This document shows, piece by piece, positions 59,001 through 64,000 of a stretch of 64,000 nt of DNA; position 1 is the stretch's first letter; each line of letters starts with the position of its first letter. The notes beneath the pieces were generated by a model, which saw only the letters and a program-made list of their open reading frames with translations, ran no database searches and was not told the origin of the DNA. The DNA lies in NCBI GenBank assembly GCA_964016885.1, contig OZ024744.1, positions 110,856,001 through 110,920,000 on the forward strand, read 5' to 3'. A program made the translations under genes and the position numbers. The DNA comes from Eledone cirrhosa. Lineage: Eukaryota.

Positions 59001-62000
59001 CTATACCTTACCTTGCCCTGAACACAGTAAAACTACACAATTCACTATAGCTTACATTGCTCTGAACACAGTAAAACTACACAATCCACTATAGCTTACC
59101 TTGCCCTGAACACAGTAAAACTACACAATCCAGTATAACTTACCTTACCCTGAACACAGTAAAACTACACAATCCACTATAACTTACCTTGCCCTGAACA
59201 CAGTAAACTACAGAATCCACTATAACTTACCTTGCCCAGAACAAAGTAAAACTACGTAATCCACTATAACTTACCTTGACCTGAAAACAGTAAAACTACA
59301 GAATCCACTATAACTTACCTTGCCCTGATCACACTAAATCTGCACAATCACTATAACTTTTTTTGCCCTGAACACAGTAAAACTTCAGAAACCACTATAA
59401 ATTACCTTGCTCTAAACACAGTAAAACTACACAATCCACTATAACTTAACTGGCCCTGAACACACTAAACTACAGAATCCACTATAACTTACCTTGCTCT
59501 GAACACAGTAAAACTACACAACCCACTATAACTTAACTGGGACTGAACACAGTAAAACAACACAATCCACTATAAGTTACCTTGCTCTGAACACAGTAAA
59601 ACTGCACAATCCACTATAACTTAACTGGCCCTGAACACAGTAAAACTACACAATTCACTATAAGTTACCTTGCTCTGAACACAGTAAAACTACACAATCC
59701 ACTATAACTTAACTGGCCATGAACACAGTAAAACTACACAATCCACTATAACTTACCTTGCCCTGAACACAGTAAAACTACAAAATCCACTATAACTTAC
59801 ATTGCCCTGAACACAGTAAAACTACACAAACCACTATAAATTACCTTGCTCTGAACACAGTAAAACTACACAATCCACTATAGTTTACCTTGCCCTGAAC
59901 ACAGTCAAACTACACAATCCACTATAACTTACCTTGTCCTGAACACAGTAAAACTACTTAATTCACTATAACTTACCTTGCCCATTAACACAGTAAAACT
60001 ACACAATCCACTATACCTTACCTTGCCCTGAACACAGTAAAACTACACAATCCACTATAACTTACCTTGCTCTGAACACAGTGAAACTACACAATCCACT
60101 ATAACTTACCTTGCCCTGAAGACAGTAAAACTACACAATCCACTATAACTTACCTTGCCCTGAACACTGTAAAACTACACAATCCACTATAACTTACATT
60201 GCCCTGAACACAGTAAAACTACACAAACCACTATAAATTACCTTGCCCTGAACACAGTAAAACTACACAATCCACTATACCTTACCTTGCCCTGAACACA
60301 GTAAAACTACTTAATTCACTATAACTTTCCTTGCCCTGAACACAGTAAAACTACACAATCCACTATACCTAACCTTGCCCTGAACACAGTAAACTACACA
60401 TTCCACTATAACTTACCTTGCTCTGAACACAGTAAAACTACACAATCCACTATACCTTACCTTGCCCTGAACACAGTAAAAGTACACAATCCACTATAAC
60501 TTAACTGGCCCTGAACACAGTAAACTACAGAATCCACTATAACTTACCTTGCCCAGAACAAATTAAAACTACGTAATCCACTATACCGTACCTTGCCCTG
60601 AACACAGTAAAACTACACAATCCACTATAACTTACTTTGCCCTGAACACAGTAAAACTACACAAACAACTATAAATTACCTTGCTCTAAACACAGTAAAA
60701 CTACACAATCCACTATAACTTACCTTGCCCTGAACACATTAAAAGTACACAATCCACTATAACATACCTTGCCCTGAACCCAGTAAAACTACACAATCCA
60801 CTATAAATTACTTTGCCCTGAACACAGTAAAACTACACAAACCACTATAAATTACCTTGCCCTGAAAACAGTAAAACTACACAATCCACTATAAATTACC
60901 TTGCCCTGAAAACAGTAAAACTACACAATCCACTATAAATTACCTTGCCCTGAACCGAGTAAAACTAAACAATCCACTATAACTTACCTGGACCTGAACA
61001 CAGTAAAACTACACAATCCACTATAACTTAACTGGCCCTGAACACAGTAAAACTACACAATCCACTATAACTTAACTGGACCTGTACACAGTAAAACTAA
61101 ACAATCCACTATAGCTTACCTTGCCCTGAAAACAGTAAGACTAGACAATCCACTATAACTTACCTTGCCCTGATCACAGTAAAACTACATAATCACTATA
61201 AATTACCTTGCTCTAAACACAGTAAAGCTAGACAATCCACTATAACTTACCTTGCCCTGAACACAGTAAACTACAGAATCCACTATAACTTACCTTGCCC
61301 AGAATAAAGTAAAACTACGTAATCCACTATAACTTACCTTGACCTGAAAACAGTAAAACTACAGAATCCACTATAACTTACCTTGCCCTGATCACACTAA
61401 ATCTGCACAATCACTATAACTTTTTTTGCCCTGAACACAGTAAAACTTCACAAACCACTATAAATTACCTTGCTCTAAACACAGTAAAGCTAGACAATCC
61501 ACTATAACTTACCTTGCCCTGAACACAGTAAAACTACACAATCCACTATAACTTAACTGGGACTGAACACAGTAAAACAACACAATCCACTATAAGTTAC
61601 CTTGCTCTGAACACAGTAAAACTACACAATCCACTATAACTTAACTGGCTCTGAACACAGTAAAACTACACAATTCACTATAAATTACCTTGCTCTGAAC
61701 ACAGTAAAACTACACAATCCACTATAACTTAACTGGCCATGAACACAGTAAAACTACACAATCCACTATAACTTACCTTGCCCTGAACACAGTAAAACTA
61801 CACAATCCACTATAACTTACCTTGCCCTGAACACAGTAAAACTACACAATCCACTATAATTTACCTTGCTCTGAACACAGTGAAACTACACAATCCACTA
61901 TAACTTACCTTGCCCTGAACACAGTAAAACTACACAATCCACTATAACTTAACTGGCCCTGAACACAGTAGAACTACACAATCCACTATAACTTACCTTG

Positions 62001-64000
62001 CCCTGATCACAGTAAAACTACATAATCACTATAACTTACCTTGCCCTGAACACAGTAAAGCTAGACAATCCACTATAACTTACCTGGCCCTGAACACAGT
62101 AAAACTACACAATCCACTATAACTTAACTGGCCCTGAACACAGTAAAACTACACAATCCACTATAACTTACCTTGCCCTCAACACAGTAAAACTACACAA
62201 ACCACTATAACTTAACTGGCCCTGAACACAGTAAAACTACACAAACCACTATAAATTACCTTGCCCTGAACACAGTAAAACTACATAATCCACTATAGTT
62301 TACCTTGCCCTGAACACAATAAAACTACACAATCCACTATGAATTAACTTGCCCTGAACACAGTAAAACTACACAATCCACTATAAATTACCTTGCCCTG
62401 AACACAGTAAAACTACACAATCCACTATAACTTACCTTGACCTGAACACAGTAAAACTACTTAATTCACTATAACTTACCTTGCCCTGAACACAGTAAAA
62501 CTACACAATCCACTATAACTTAACTGGCCCTGAACACAGTAAAACTACACGATCCACTATAACTTACCTTGCCCTGAACACAGTAAAACTACACAATCCA
62601 CTATAACTTAACTGGGCCTGAACACAGTAAAACAACACAATCCACTATAAGTTACCTTGCTCTGAACACAGTAAAACTACACAATCCACTATAACTTAAC
62701 TGTCCCTGAACACAGTAAAACTACACAATTCACTATAAGTTACCTTGCTCTGAACACAGTAAAACTACACAATCCACTATAACTTAACTGGCCATGAACA
62801 CAGTAAAACTACACGATCCACTATAACATACCTTGCCCTGAACAGAGTAAAACTACACAATCCACTATAACTTACCTGGACCTGAACACAGTAAAACTAC
62901 ACAATCCACTATAAGTTACCTTGCTCTGAACACAGTAAAACTACACAATCCACTATAACTTACCTTGCCCTGAACACAGTAAAGCTAGACAATCCACTAT
63001 AACTTACTTTGCACTGAACACAGTAAAACTACACAATCCACTATAACTTACTTTGCCATGAACACAGTAAAACTACACAATCCACTATAACTTAACTGGC
63101 CCTGATCACAGTAAAACTACACAATCCACTATAACTTACTTTGCCATGAACAGAGTAAAACTACACAATCCACTATAACTTACTTTGCCATGAACAGAGT
63201 AAAACTACACAATCCACTATAGCTTACCTTGCCCTGAAAACAGTAAAACTACACAATCCACTATAACTTAACTGGCCCTGATCACAGTAAAACTACACAA
63301 TCCACTATAACTTACTTTGCCATGAACAGAGTAAAACTACACAATCCACTATAACTTACTTTGCCATGAACAGAGTAAAACTACACAATCCACTATAGCT
63401 TATCTTGCCCTGAAAACAGTAAAATTACACAATCCACTATAACTTACCTTGCCCTGAACACAGTAAAACTACACAATCCACTATAACTTAACTGGCCCTG
63501 AACACAGTAAAACTACACAATCCACTATAACTTACCTTGCTCTGAACACAGTAAAACTACACGATCCACTATAACTTACCTTGCCCGGAACAGAGTAAAA
63601 CTACACAACCCACTATAACTTACCTTGCCCTGAACACAGTAAAACTACAAAATCCACTATAACTTACATTGCCCTGAACACAGTAAAACTACACAAACCA
63701 CTATAAATTACCTTGCCCTGAACACAGTAAAACTACACAATCCACTATAGTTTACCTTGCCCTGAACACAGTCAAACTACACAATCCACTATAACTTACC
63801 TTGCCCTGAACACAGTAAAACTACTTAATTCACTATAACTTACCTTGCTCCGAACACAGTAAAACTACACAATCCACTATACCTTACCTTGCCCTGAACA
63901 CAGTAAAAGTACACAATCCACTATAGTTTACCTTGCCCTGAACACAGTAAAACTACACAAACCACTATAGTTTACCTTGCCCTGAACACAGTAAAACTAC
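56040..64000. repeat. More divergent, weakly ordered zone of the same satellite
   Basis: Many rare variants occur here (GCCGTGAAC, GGGACTGAAC, GACCTGAA, AACAGAGT, AACGCAGT, CACCAGAAATT). Only short duplications are seen (offsets 1230, 2063, 176), and the core markers (CTGATGAC, CTGAAGTGG, TCTGCACACGG) are absent. Confidence 0.75.

Larger units (their letters stand above)
1..64000. repeat. Tandem satellite DNA array, 44-bp monomer (~1,450 copies), head-to-tail, extending beyond both window edges
   Basis: The consensus CTGAACACAGTAAAACTACACAATCCACTATAACTTACCTTGCC recurs continuously from first to last base, typically with 0-5 substitutions per copy. Recurrent 43-bp variants occur (GTAAACTACAGAATCC; AATCACTATAACTTTTTTTGCC). 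I saw no non-repeat interruption and no inverted monomer. Confidence 0.99.

Noticed and set aside
1-64000. CRISPR array
   Set aside because: There are no unique spacers. The whole 44 bp is repeated, the variable positions are point variants of one consensus, and there is no leader or cas gene.
1-64000. Unspliced repeat-protein CDS on either strand
   Set aside because: 44 is not a multiple of 3, so every frame meets the stops within three monomers. The plus strand has TGA, TAA and TAA per monomer, and the minus strand has TAA, TAG and TAG.
1-64000. Minus-strand ORF under a ciliate-type code (TAA/TAG = Gln)
   Set aside because: The consensus lacks TGA on the minus strand, but common variants (AATTCACT, AATCACT, TGATCA) introduce it. 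The 43-bp monomers shift frame freely and there is no codon-position pattern.
1-64000. TATAA / TATAAA as TATA boxes or -10 elements
   Set aside because: It is a short AT-rich motif inside every monomer, with no downstream gene or other promoter context.
1-64000. Canonical telomerase repeat, G-quadruplex array, or tRNA/5S/SL RNA tandem genes
   Set aside because: There are no TTAGGG/TTAGG-type units, and only one GGG per 44 bp on the minus strand. The unit is too short and lacks recognisable structure for these RNAs. An SL RNA gene would have a donor site but needs a longer exon and an Sm-site region.
1-64000. Assignment to a named satellite family or species
   Set aside because: I do not recognise the monomer with confidence. 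A database search is required.

Overview
The whole 64 kb window is one uninterrupted, single-orientation tandem satellite array of a 44-bp monomer, about 1,450 copies by length. The consensus is CTGAACACAGTAAAACTACACAATCCACTATAACTTACCTTGCC (a perfect copy is at 2617-2660). I found no genes, RNA genes, transposon insertions, inversions or unique DNA. The monomer has a strong strand skew (17A/14C/10T/3G) and no CpG in the consensus. A limited set of recurrent variant monomers reveals nested higher-order structure: a trimer cassette, a 1053-bp 24-mer, and near-identical block duplications with offsets of about 1.5, 3.4, 4.6-4.9, 7.2-7.6, 10.6 and 12 kb. These lie in a homogenised core (~1.2-52.9 kb) flanked by more divergent zones at both ends. 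The most unusual feature is on the minus strand, where each monomer reads GGCAAG|GTAAGT...TTTTACTGTGTTCAG|. This is a perfect 5' splice donor plus a plausible 3' acceptor, dividing the unit into a 6-nt exon-like part and a 38-nt GT-AG intron-like part. Whether this is functional cannot be told from DNA alone. The sequence looks eukaryotic, but I do not recognise the satellite family or organism. Offsets were counted by hand from marker variants, and block boundaries are approximate to about one monomer.
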